Positions 18,682-26,234 of a stretch of 26,356 nucleotides of DNA are shown in pieces. The number at the start of each line of letters is the position of its first letter. The first letter of the stretch is position 1. The notes beneath the pieces are model-generated. The model made no database searches. It worked only from the letters and a program-made list of their open reading frames with translations, and was not told the origin of the DNA. The position numbers were made by a program, and so were the translations under genes. Source of the DNA: a virus (lineage: Duplodnaviria; Caudoviricetes); the IMG/VR virus record IMGVR_UViG_3300012231_000041, positions 1-26,356 of that record; one strand, 5' to 3'.

Positions 18682-19485
18682 ATGGTAGAATTGAAAAACA
18701 CTCGCACTCTTGCCGACATGCTCGACCTTGCGGAACAGCGCGGCGCGCAAAAGGGCGAGGGCGATAGCGCCCTTGCGCTTCTCGCGATGGATGTTGCGAT
18801 CGGAGTTCGCGAGAACTCTTTCGTTGATATCGTCATGAAGAAGGGCAAGGAAAACGACATTCACTCAATGTGGAAGCGTTACGCCAAGGGTCAGAACGCG
18901 AAAGCCCCGGCTGAACGTTCGGCCAAGAGCATTTCATCCCATGTGTCGCGCTTGCAGGGTATCGCTGACGCGGCGTCTAAGATGGACAATTTCGCTGGCG
19001 ATGTCATGGTGAAGGTTCTCGACGCTCGGGAAGCCATTGTCAATGACAAGGCGAGCAAGGTCAAAACTTGGCCCTTGTATGACTGCTACGTGAACGCCGC
19101 TCGCCTTCAGTGCAAGGCCGAGAACGCGGGTATTCTCAGCGATGAACTCATCGTCGAGGCCGTCGTGAAGGTCGCGAAAGTGAAGACGCTCGTGGAGCAC
19201 CTTGAGGCAATCCAGAAGAGCATCGAAGCTCTCAAAGACCCTGACAGCAATTATCAGGTGGACACGTTCTATCACTATGTGGTCGAGCGTGCCGCTGATG
19301 ATATCTCCAAGCTGGTCACTGCCGCGAAGCGTGCGGAGATGACGGAGCAGGAACGCGCTGAGCACGACGCGATGATCGCGGCCCGTGACAATGTGCGCTT
19401 TGAGTTCGCACAAGCTGAGAAGCGCGCAACGGAGCGCGCTTTGCAGACTAGGGACGATATCGCGGCGGAGAAGCTTGCCGCCTAG
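18682..19485 (+). CDS. Unknown helical early protein, paralogue of 23778..24680
   Basis: 267 aa, GC-rich third positions; shares many aligned motifs with the 300-aa protein. Confidence 0.85.
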   Translation: MVELKNTRTLADMLDLAEQRGAQKGEGDSALALLAMDVAIGVRENSFVDIVMKKGKENDIHSMWKRYAKGQNAKAPAERSAKSISSHVSRLQGIADAASKMDNFAGDVMVKVLDAREAIVNDKASKVKTWPLYDCYVNAARLQCKAENAGILSDELIVEAVVKVAKVKTLVEHLEAIQKSIEALKDPDSNYQVDTFYHYVVERAADDISKLVTAAKRAEMTEQERAEHDAMIAARDNVRFEFAQAEKRATERALQTRDDIAAEKLAA

Positions 19486-19500
19486 ACTGCACAGCAAGAG

Positions 19501-19528
19501 CCGTTGCTACTTTCGAAAGTAGCAACGG
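19501..19528. promoter_or_regulatory. Palindromic site (perfect 28 bp)
   Basis: CCGTTGCTACTTTCGAAAGTAGCAACGG; core 19507-19522. Confidence 0.88.
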
Positions 19529-19562
19529 TTCGCCTGTTTAGCCTAGCAACGGAGAATGTGAA

Positions 19563-19679
19563 ATGAGGTATGTAGCAGGTGACTTTGAGCCGATTGTATA
19601 CGCAATCGCGGTCACGCTTAACGGGCATGAGATACTGCCATGGTATGCGTATGTCGTGCTTCCGCAGGTGGGGGAGTGA
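19563..19679 (+). CDS. Small hypothetical protein (38 aa)
   Basis: Below the ORF-track cutoff; GGAGAA RBS; MRYVAGDFEPIVYAIAVTLNGHEILPWYAYVVLPQVGE. Confidence 0.55.
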   Translation: MRYVAGDFEPIVYAIAVTLNGHEILPWYAYVVLPQVGE

Positions 19680-19681
19680 AC

Positions 19682-19885
19682 ATGAGCATGAGCGAAGAGG
19701 AGCGCAAGCGCGCTAAAAATGAGAGTGTTGCGCGCTGGCGAGCGCGCAACCCTGAGCGTGCGAGAGCGCAGACAAACGCAGCGGTTAAGCGCTTTAACGA
19801 GAACCACAAGATTGAGGTTAATGCTCTGAGGCAAGAGATTAAGCGCCTCAGAGCTAGGGTTAAGAAGCTGGAAGCTAGGGGTTGA
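19682..19885 (+). CDS. Small basic coiled-coil (bZIP-like) protein
   Basis: Start reassigned to ATG 19682 (GGGGAG RBS); Arg-rich helix followed by heptads L-RQEIKR-L-RARVKK-L. Confidence 0.65.
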   Translation: MSMSEEERKRAKNESVARWRARNPERARAQTNAAVKRFNENHKIEVNALRQEIKRLRARVKKLEARG

Positions 19886-19895
19886 AACCCCTAGC
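19874..19895 (+). other. Stem-loop over the stop codon
   Basis: GCTAGGGGT-TGAA-ACCCCTAGC; no U tract. Confidence 0.6.
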
Positions 19896-19968
19896 CTACC
19901 TCAACTAAAGCGCGCACTCATCGTCGCGGTGCGGGTGCGGCGCGCGTTAAACTGCAGGCTGGAGGGAA

Positions 19969-19987
19969 TGTTACTTCGTAAGTAACA
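19969..19987. promoter_or_regulatory. Palindromic site, 1-bp-short variant
   Basis: TGTTACTT-CGT-AAGTAACA. Confidence 0.65.
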
Positions 19988-20254
19988 AATAAGGGAAAGC
20001 TAGTTAGCAACTAACAAACAATACATTTAATACATATTATACTAGTTATACTTATTATACATCTACTCAACTGGACCCCTCAAGCTCCCCCGTAGCGTGA
20101 ATTCTACCACTTACATTATTAGGCATGTTAGGCACAGTATACTCTAGCCACTTACCCCTCCGCAAGGTAGGCCGCTAGTGATTTTGGGCCGGTGGTTAAT
20201 ATGTATAACTTGCCTAGGGCATTTTATTGCAACCTAGGCGCGAGTAAAAAGTGC

Positions 20255-20307
20255 TTGACACACGCTATGCTTTATTATAAGATGCCTATCACTACTTACA
20301 AAGGTAA
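20255..20307 (+). promoter_or_regulatory. Sigma70-like promoter with a downstream degenerate palindromic site
   Basis: TTGACA (20255-20260)-17-TAAGAT (20278-20283); CTACTTACAAAGGTAA at 20292-20307. Confidence 0.75.
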
Positions 20308-20326
20308 CAATGAGAGGACACCTAAC

Positions 20327-20914
20327 ATGCATAGTCAAGTTAAGCTAGCTAGGCAACGAGCCCTAGGCTCCCCACTTCCCAGTGTTGAAATAATCTGCCC
20401 TTACTGTAAAAACACTGAAATCCGCGCCGCTGGCAACCACCAGCGTAGCTACTTAGGCGCGAAGACATTTTACTTTCGCCGGTATTCGTGTGTGAACTGC
20501 GAGGGAACAATCTGGATAGCTATAGACAGAGACACTAACGATACTCTGTATCCATCCATTTCCCCTATCAGCCAAAGCTTCTTCGAAGTGGTAATGCTTT
20601 TCACACATGAGCAAGTGTTAAACAACGAGTTTAAATACTCGCCCCGACAGCGCGGTGCAGCGTATAGCAGCGTTATACGATGCAAGGCTGATTTGCTAGC
20701 TTATAGAAAGGAGATGCTTGGACACTGGCAGAATACAAATGGGTATCACGCTCCTGCAGGTGTTGTTGATATGTATCTTAGAACCTTCAATGCTTGGATG
20801 AAGGAGCTACCAGATACATATGAGCCAGTAAGATACACACCTTTGGTAGAAGACCCAGCAGCACTAGACGACGACGCTATAGATAGTAGGTTAGCCAACC
20901 TACTTCCCCGCTAG
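20327..20914 (+). CDS. Hypothetical Zn-ribbon protein
   Basis: Start reassigned to ATG 20327 (GAGAGGA RBS, downstream of the promoter); CPYC...CVNC. Confidence 0.7.
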   Translation: MHSQVKLARQRALGSPLPSVEIICPYCKNTEIRAAGNHQRSYLGAKTFYFRRYSCVNCEGTIWIAIDRDTNDTLYPSISPISQSFFEVVMLFTHEQVLNNEFKYSPRQRGAAYSSVIRCKADLLAYRKEMLGHWQNTNGYHAPAGVVDMYLRTFNAWMKELPDTYEPVRYTPLVEDPAALDDDAIDSRLANLLPR

Positions 20915-20925
20915 AGGGATAGCAG

Positions 20926-20968
20926 GTAACCGCCTAGCCCCCTAGGCGGTTACTACTTCGGAAAGTAG
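20926..20968. promoter_or_regulatory. 12-bp hairpin fused to a palindromic site
   Basis: GTAACCGCCTAG-CCCC-CTAGGCGGTTAC (20926-20953), then CTACTTCGGAAAGTAG (20953-20968). Confidence 0.8.
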
Positions 20969-20991
20969 CAACCAACCCAAGGAGAAAGAAA

Positions 20992-21360
20992 ATGGACACG
21001 AACACGCTGAATGAATACGCTGACGAGTTGTTTATTGCCTTGCAGGCTGATCGCAAGATCAACGCTATCAAGGCTATTCGTGCTATGACTGGCGGAGGGC
21101 TATACGAGGGCAAGGCAGTCGTGGAAGCTATATTCAAGGCGTTTAACAGGCCGCAGGACTTCAACCCCTACGCAGCAGTTGAGGATAACTCTGAGTATAT
21201 GGTTACGGTGGCTGGAGAAAATTCCACGTGGACACACACGTTTGCTTCTGAGCAGGCCGCTATCGACTACGCTGACGGATACAGGAATGTTACCGTAGGC
21301 AAGGTCATAGCTAAGTCTGTGGCTAAGACTGTTGTAACATACACACTAGAGCGCGTCTAA
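20992..21360 (+). CDS. Protein with ribosomal protein bL12 (L7/L12) C-terminal-like domain
   Basis: RKINAIKAIRAMTGGGLYEGKAVVE resembles the bL12 K..VIK.VR..TGLGLKEAK.LVE motif; AAGGAG RBS. Confidence 0.7.
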   Translation: MDTNTLNEYADELFIALQADRKINAIKAIRAMTGGGLYEGKAVVEAIFKAFNRPQDFNPYAAVEDNSEYMVTVAGENSTWTHTFASEQAAIDYADGYRNVTVGKVIAKSVAKTVVTYTLERV

Positions 21361-21427
21361 ACCTCCTAGGCGCTAAGGTGTCTAGCCCAACAGGGCTAGC
21401 ATCCTTAACACCAGAGGAGAAGAGCAA

Positions 21428-21619
21428 ATGAATGAAGTTCAGGGGATAATCAACGCTGTGACCAGTTCATACAACGATGGTATGATAACTGAGAGCGAAG
21501 CGCTGGCAACGATTGTGTCTGCAGTTGCACAGATTTGGGATAGCCTTAGGGAGAAGGACGCGAGAGAGTTTAGAGAGATGGAAGCGCGCGAAGAGCACAA
21601 GCGCTTTTGGAACCTCTAG
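21428..21619 (+). CDS. Hypothetical protein
   Basis: 63 aa, GAGGAGAA RBS. Confidence 0.7.
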   Translation: MNEVQGIINAVTSSYNDGMITESEALATIVSAVAQIWDSLREKDAREFREMEAREEHKRFWNL

Positions 21620-21700
21620 TATTTGGGGTCTTTCTAAGAAGGCAAGGTAAGAGTGGTCAGGCGATTAAAGTTAATGTCGGAGCCCCCCACCGCCCCATTA

Positions 21701-21716
21701 CTACTTTCGCAAGTAG
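21701..21716. promoter_or_regulatory. 16-bp palindromic site just upstream of an RBS
   Basis: CTACTTTCGCAAGTAG. Confidence 0.8.
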
Positions 21717-21734
21717 CAACAGAGGAGAAGTGAT

Positions 21735-21875
21735 ATGTGGACAGTGCTTGCCATATCAGACTTTGGTGTGAAGCACGCAATGTGTATCTTTGATACTCAG
21801 GAAGAGGCCAAAGTCTGGATAGAGACTAAGGGTTGGGTGTTTGCAACGTGCGAAGTAATCGCACTCTACCAGTAA
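21735..21875 (+). CDS. Small hypothetical protein (46 aa)
   Basis: Below the cutoff; GAGGAGAA RBS; MWTVLAISDFGVKHAMCIFDTQEEAKVWIETKGWVFATCEVIALYQ. Confidence 0.7.
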   Translation: MWTVLAISDFGVKHAMCIFDTQEEAKVWIETKGWVFATCEVIALYQ

Positions 21876-21887
21876 GGAGAACAGCAA

Positions 21888-22232
21888 ATGAGCCAGATTG
21901 AGTTTACATCTGCTTGTGCAGGTGATATCGGCGTGACGCTGATGGATGAGGTCATAGCAATAGCGTTCATCAAGAAGAACCCTGAGGACATGGTGGCGCG
22001 TGTGGACATCTATGATATCCGCAAAGGCGGTGCACCTATTCTCTATGCCAACCTTGCCGACGCGTTGGACTACATGCTCAAGCTTGCAGATTTGTATAGG
22101 ACTATGGACCTAGAGGCACAGATTAAGATGTTTCACATGGTCCAGAGCAGACTTGGCCCCAATATAAAGTATGACCGGAACGCGTGGGACGAGTGGGCGG
22201 ATGACTACTCGCCAAATAACAAGGAGCACTAA
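21888..22232 (+). CDS. Hypothetical protein
   Basis: 114 aa, TAAGGAG RBS. Confidence 0.75.
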   Translation: MSQIEFTSACAGDIGVTLMDEVIAIAFIKKNPEDMVARVDIYDIRKGGAPILYANLADALDYMLKLADLYRTMDLEAQIKMFHMVQSRLGPNIKYDRNAWDEWADDYSPNNKEH

Positions 22233-22233
22233 A

Positions 22234-22356
22234 ATGTGGGTCGTGTTAGACGCAGAGGGTAACATCTACTTCAGTTCTTATGGCAGAACTGATTGTGTTC
22301 ATTGGCGGGCGAATCGCCCGTTCCCTGAGGACTACGGGATATATTGGGAGGAGTAA
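22234..22356 (+). CDS. Small hypothetical protein (40 aa)
   Basis: Start reassigned to ATG 22234 (AAGGAG RBS); MWVVLDAEGNIYFSSY... Confidence 0.65.
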   Translation: MWVVLDAEGNIYFSSYGRTDCVHWRANRPFPEDYGIYWEE

Positions 22357-22357
22357 C

Positions 22358-22432
22358 ATGGCTTTTTATTGGATCAGTATCATATTCCTTTGCCTGATGG
22401 CTGGGGCGGCGATCTGTGTGTTTACGGATTGA
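22358..22432 (+). CDS. 24-aa hydrophobic peptide
   Basis: GGAGGAG RBS; MAFYWISIIFLCLMAGAAICVFTD. Confidence 0.55.
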   Translation: MAFYWISIIFLCLMAGAAICVFTD

Positions 22433-22616
22433 TGAGCGTCTGGCTGCAGACCTAGAGCTAGCCGAGGCGCGTAGGCGCGCACGACTAGAGTATATGCGCA
22501 AATATCGCGCACTCAATCGCGAGCGTATTAGAACATACAATCGCGAATACCAGAGGAGAAGGCGAAATGACAAGGAAAGACTTTGGGCTACTTGCGAAAG
22601 TAGTAAGGAACTTTGA
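22416..22616 (+). CDS. Arg-rich helical protein (start uncertain)
   Basis: ARRRARLEYMRKYRALNRERIRTYNREYQRRRR fills an otherwise empty gap; weak RBS; 3' end overlaps the next gene by 50 bp. Confidence 0.5.
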   Translation: MCLRIDERLAADLELAEARRRARLEYMRKYRALNRERIRTYNREYQRRRRNDKERLWATCESSKEL

Positions 22617-22767
22617 GTCTAGTATCGGATGCTGCCCCGATACTAGACGCCAGCATCTAGCAGTGACACTTGGGCGGATGCTGCGGGTCTATCCTACCTT
22701 TGACATGAAGAAATTTGTAATAGCCTGTGGCTGCGAGTATCACTATTGGATGGGGGAAGACAAATGA
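22567..22767 (+). CDS. Hypothetical protein
   Basis: 66 aa, GAGGAGAA RBS; MTRKDF..LA...FD..KF..ACG pattern. Confidence 0.75.
   Translation: MTRKDFGLLAKVVRNFESSIGCCPDTRRQHLAVTLGRMLRVYPTFDMKKFVIACGCEYHYWMGEDK
22588..22603. promoter_or_regulatory. 16-bp palindromic site (intragenic)
   Basis: CTACTTGCGAAAGTAG. Confidence 0.75.
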
Positions 22768-22979
22768 GCACAGTGCTAGAAGCTAATCAATGTGCCATTG
22801 TTGCAGGCCCAGATAGCGACAGCGTTGATGTCTATCTGCCGGCACTAGACGATAGCCCACTTCCAGAGATATGCATCGCGCTGGTCGCCTGTGCTATGCG
22901 TATCAACGATGACCTGCAGTTTCGAGAGGACATGCTGGACTGGTTTATGGCGCATACGCCCATAACACAGGAGAATTAG
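22764..22979 (+). CDS. Hypothetical protein
   Basis: Start reassigned to ATG 22764 (ATGA overlap), 71 aa. Confidence 0.7.
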   Translation: MSTVLEANQCAIVAGPDSDSVDVYLPALDDSPLPEICIALVACAMRINDDLQFREDMLDWFMAHTPITQEN

Positions 22980-22981
22980 AA

Positions 22982-23209
22982 ATGAACTGGAACTATAGGA
23001 TCGTGCGATACAAGGACGATAGTGATCTTGGTCTGCACGAGGTATTTTATAACGAGGCGGGCGAAGCTACTGGCATGACAGAGGAGCCCGTTAGTTTCGC
23101 GTGCTACTCCGAAGAGGGGCCGGAAGGGATTATCAAGTCCCTAGAATTGGCATTGGCTGATGCTAGTAAATACCCTGTGTTTGATCCGCCTGAAGTTTGG
23201 GCAGACTAA
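22982..23209 (+). CDS. Conserved-looking phage hypothetical protein
   Basis: 75 aa, AGGAGAA RBS; WNYRIV...LHEVFY motif. Confidence 0.75.
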   Translation: MNWNYRIVRYKDDSDLGLHEVFYNEAGEATGMTEEPVSFACYSEEGPEGIIKSLELALADASKYPVFDPPEVWAD

Positions 23210-23220
23210 CACTGGCATTG

Positions 23221-23249
23221 CTACTTGCAGAAGTAACATTCTGCAAGTA
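23221..23249. promoter_or_regulatory. 16-bp site nested in an alternative 11-bp hairpin
   Basis: CTACTTGCAGAAGTAA (23221-23236); TACTTGCAGAA-GTAACA-TTCTGCAAGTA (23222-23249). Confidence 0.75.
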
Positions 23250-23281
23250 ACCGAGCTAGTGTAGCTCAGGGGAGAGCCAAC

Positions 23282-23632
23282 ATGGAATTCCTTGGAAGAG
23301 TAGCCGATCACTTCGTATTCACACGCAACAATGATATTATCACATGGAGCAAAGAAGACAAACTACAGAAGATAGAAACAAATCTCGATCATCTCGATGA
23401 TGCCCAACTATTCAGCGATGGCATCCTTGTCGTCGGCGATGGGGACGAGATAGCACATATTGATGTAAATGGTGGGTATCATTTACTGTATGATGACTAT
23501 CTCACCGATACACCAATTAGCATAATCATCCCGTATGATGACCCAGATTATCCATCTAGGGAAGGAGTAGCAGTGGTGTTAGCTGTGAATGAAACGGTAA
23601 TTGTAAATTGGGACTGGTCTATAGACGCATAG
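23282..23632 (+). CDS. Acidic beta-rich hypothetical protein
   Basis: 116 aa, GGGGAG RBS. Confidence 0.7.
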   Translation: MEFLGRVADHFVFTRNNDIITWSKEDKLQKIETNLDHLDDAQLFSDGILVVGDGDEIAHIDVNGGYHLLYDDYLTDTPISIIIPYDDPDYPSREGVAVVLAVNETVIVNWDWSIDA

Positions 23633-23701
23633 CGCACTCATCTGGCGCAGGCATCCAACCATAGGAGGCGCAAAAAACATCAAACACAACCTAGAAAGTC
23701 C

Positions 23702-23775
23702 TTGACGTAGCCCCTTAGGCACGTAATATCTTAAACAAGCCTGCTGATCCTGCAGGTAACTACTTGGAGAAGTAG
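23702..23775 (+). promoter_or_regulatory. Sigma70-like promoter plus palindromic site over the RBS
   Basis: TTGACG (23702-23707)-16-TAATAT (23724-23729); CTACTTGGAGAAGTAG (23760-23775), 2 bp before the ATG. Confidence 0.75.
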
Positions 23776-23777
23776 CA

Positions 23778-24680
23778 ATGAGTGGATTTGAAATTGCCGA
23801 AACTACCCCTGACGCTACGGCTGAGGAGGACATCTCTAAGCCGCTCCCCAACGAGGGACCGCATTCTACGTTTGTCAGGCAAGTCAAAAAGCTTGGTCGG
23901 GATGCAGCCCTAGGACGGGACTCGCTTCCGGCACTGGTGGCAGCGATTGCTGAGGCAGTCGAGACTAACGCGCTTGACCCTGCACCGCCAAAGGATGGCA
24001 GATACCAAGTAAACGGCAAGCCTGTCTCGCCTGCAGTTTATGTGTTTGACATCTACATGAAAGAGGATGGTCGCAAGGCTGTCCATGATCGTAGTAAAAA
24101 ATCCAACACTGCACAGGCAAGCAAGATCAAGCAAATCATTGACGCTTGCGCCAAGCCTAACGTCAACTTCCGTGAAGCTCTTGTTAGGGCTGCAGACGCT
24201 CGGAAGGGACTCTTCCAGCAGGAAGCCAAGCTTAAGCCCGCGTTTGATAGCTATCTTGATATGGCTCGGGCGCAAATTAAGAAAGACTCCTCGCTTACGG
24301 ACGAGGAGGTTGAGTTCTTCCAGCACAAGAAGGATGTTACTCGCGAGAGCAACATCTCCAAGGAACTGGAAAAAGCATGGCGGGTGCTTGAGAAGCTCCT
24401 TACGGGAGAGGGCAAGTCTGGGGTGATCCTCCCGACTGCAGACCCAAGGTATGATGGTGTGCAGTCGGCGTATGATAACCTCTTGGAAGCCATCCGGTCG
24501 GAGAAGCCGGACTTCAACGTGCCTAAGGCACCTGAGGCGGTTGAGGGTGAAGAGGAGGAGTCTGAGGAAGTCGAGGGTGAGGAGGAGGAGGTCGAGCTTG
24601 ATGGGATGGGTAATCCCGTTGACGGTGGGCCGCCTGTTGAAGAGCCGGCAGTCCAGCCGCAGGTTCAGGCTGCAGAATAA
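23778..24680 (+). CDS. Unknown helical protein with acidic C-terminal tail, paralogue of 18682..19485
   Basis: 300 aa; Lys/Arg-rich core; tail EAVEGEEEESEEVEGEEEEVELD. Confidence 0.85.
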   Translation: MSGFEIAETTPDATAEEDISKPLPNEGPHSTFVRQVKKLGRDAALGRDSLPALVAAIAEAVETNALDPAPPKDGRYQVNGKPVSPAVYVFDIYMKEDGRKAVHDRSKKSNTAQASKIKQIIDACAKPNVNFREALVRAADARKGLFQQEAKLKPAFDSYLDMARAQIKKDSSLTDEEVEFFQHKKDVTRESNISKELEKAWRVLEKLLTGEGKSGVILPTADPRYDGVQSAYDNLLEAIRSEKPDFNVPKAPEAVEGEEEESEEVEGEEEEVELDGMGNPVDGGPPVEEPAVQPQVQAAE

Positions 24681-24685
24681 CAAAA

Positions 24686-24701
24686 CTACTTTCGAAAGTA
24701 G
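24686..24701. promoter_or_regulatory. 16-bp palindromic site (perfect consensus)
   Basis: CTACTTTCGAAAGTAG between the stop codon and the terminator. Confidence 0.85.
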
Positions 24702-24702
24702 C

Positions 24703-24730
24703 AAGGGCTGGGATTTTCCCAGCCCTTTTT
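24703..24730 (+). terminator. Intrinsic terminator
   Basis: AAGGGCTGGGA-TTT-TCCCAGCCCTT followed by a T run. Confidence 0.85.
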
Positions 24731-24752
24731 CTATCCACCCATAGGAGAGGCT

Positions 24753-24830
24753 ATGACTGAGGAGCAGATTAGGGCTCTGCGCGAGCATATCCGCAGAATT
24801 CTAGAGCGTCTTAGGCGCTTAGGCGCTTAG
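24753..24830 (+). CDS. 25-aa amphipathic basic peptide
   Basis: AGGAGAGG RBS; MTEEQIRALREHIRRILERLRRLGA. Confidence 0.5.
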   Translation: MTEEQIRALREHIRRILERLRRLGA

Positions 24831-24874
24831 CTACAAAGTTCATTAGGACTATAGTCCTATCACGGAAATGTTAC

Positions 24875-24903
24875 TTTACAAGGGGGTCACCTTGTGGTAA
24901 CCT
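24875..24903 (+). promoter_or_regulatory. Sigma70-like promoter
   Basis: TTTACA-17-TAACCT with extended TG; AAGGAGG RBS follows. Confidence 0.65.
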
Positions 24904-24925
24904 ATAGATACACAAGGAGGAATGT

Positions 24926-25144
24926 ATGGCTTTTGCCCTTTGCCCAGACCTACCGGGCAAGCCTAGACTGATCCGCTTCGTTGCTACTTTGGGAAGTAGC
25001 ATCGTCGCAATGTTGAACAAAGAACAGAATTTACTACTGGTAGACAAGGAGAAGTATGATAGACTTTCACCTGCAGAGCAAGAAGCGTTAATAAAAACGC
25101 ATGAAAGTATAGTTTCATCAACCCACCCAACTTTTACGGAGTAG
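24926..25144 (+). CDS. Hypothetical protein
   Basis: 72 aa, AAGGAGG RBS. Confidence 0.7.
   Translation: MAFALCPDLPGKPRLIRFVATLGSSIVAMLNKEQNLLLVDKEKYDRLSPAEQEALIKTHESIVSSTHPTFTE
24984..24999. promoter_or_regulatory. 16-bp palindromic site (intragenic)
   Basis: CGTTG-CTACTTTGGGAAGTAG-CATCG. Confidence 0.75.
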
Positions 25145-25150
25145 ACTGAA

Positions 25151-26233
25151 ATGACCCTCGATGAAGTATTGTCTCGTATTCCCATGTGGTATGCTGGTAA
25201 GCGGAGCGTGCTGCTTCGCTCGCCGCCCGGCACGGGGAAATCAACAACCCTGGCTGCAGCCGCAGGATTGCTATCCTCGGTGTTCAACGCAGCCTATGGG
25301 TTCGTTATCGTTGACGCCACGTTGCTTACTCCTGCGGATGCTATCGGGTATCTCGTGCCTAAGCATATGCCGGATGGCACAACGGAGAGCGTGTATACGC
25401 TGCCCTTTTATTGGCGCACTGCCGAAGGTAAACTCCTATCCGAGTATGCCGGTGGCATCATCGTTGTCGAGGAGATCGACAAGGCCGACATCGACATCAA
25501 GAAAATCCTTGGCGAGGCGTGTCTGTCTGGGCGCATCGGGCCGCATCAGTTGCCTAAGGGCTGGCTTGTGTGGATGGCGGGTAACCGCCAACAGGATCGC
25601 TCAGGGTCCACCAAGGAGCTTGACCATCATATCAATAGGCGTATGGAGATTCCTGTAGACCCGCACTTTGGTTCGTTCGAGAACTACGCTAACAAGGTCA
25701 ACGCTATGCCGTTGACGATTAGCTTCGCAAAGAAGCACCAAGACTTGGTGTTTGCTAGCGAGGTTCCTAAGGTTCAGGGGCCTTGGTGCACGCCTAGGTC
25801 ATTGCTTGGTGGCGTGGATACGTATATTCAGAGTGTGATGAAGTATACCAAGAGCAAGACGCTTCCCGATGATTCCCTTCTTATGGAAGAAGTTAAGGGC
25901 ATGATCGGCAGTACGGCGATGGACCAGTATTTTATCCATGCCAAGCTGCAGTATGAAGTGCCGGGCATTGAGGAGATTACCAAAGACCCGGCAGGGGCGA
26001 GGCTCCCCAATGATGCTGCTGTGCAGACGTTGATTGCGTATAACCTCTCTAGGGAGGTTACACCAGAGAACGCTGGTGCAGTCATAACTTACGTGGAGCG
26101 TATGGCGAAGGAGTTCGCAGTTACCTTTGCCAATGCTACGATGAAGCGCAAGCCTACGTTGGTGCTGATCCCGGTGTTTAGGAAGTGGATTGAGGGGAAC
26201 AGCGCACTCATCTTCCTCATCAACTCCAACTAA
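25151..26233 (+). CDS. MoxR-like AAA+ ATPase
   Basis: Walker A SPPGTGKS, Walker B IIVVEE, sensor AGNR, TPRS motif. Confidence 0.85.
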   Translation: MTLDEVLSRIPMWYAGKRSVLLRSPPGTGKSTTLAAAAGLLSSVFNAAYGFVIVDATLLTPADAIGYLVPKHMPDGTTESVYTLPFYWRTAEGKLLSEYAGGIIVVEEIDKADIDIKKILGEACLSGRIGPHQLPKGWLVWMAGNRQQDRSGSTKELDHHINRRMEIPVDPHFGSFENYANKVNAMPLTISFAKKHQDLVFASEVPKVQGPWCTPRSLLGGVDTYIQSVMKYTKSKTLPDDSLLMEEVKGMIGSTAMDQYFIHAKLQYEVPGIEEITKDPAGARLPNDAAVQTLIAYNLSREVTPENAGAVITYVERMAKEFAVTFANATMKRKPTLVLIPVFRKWIEGNSALIFLINSN

Positions 26234-26234
26234 C

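Noticed and set aside
20192-20326. N-terminal 45 codons of the 240-aa ORF
   Set aside because: They overlap a near-consensus promoter; ATG 20327 has the RBS.
23910-24788. 292-aa minus-strand ORF (likewise 18934..19497 and 25799..26299)
   Set aside because: Antisense shadows of well-supported plus-strand genes.
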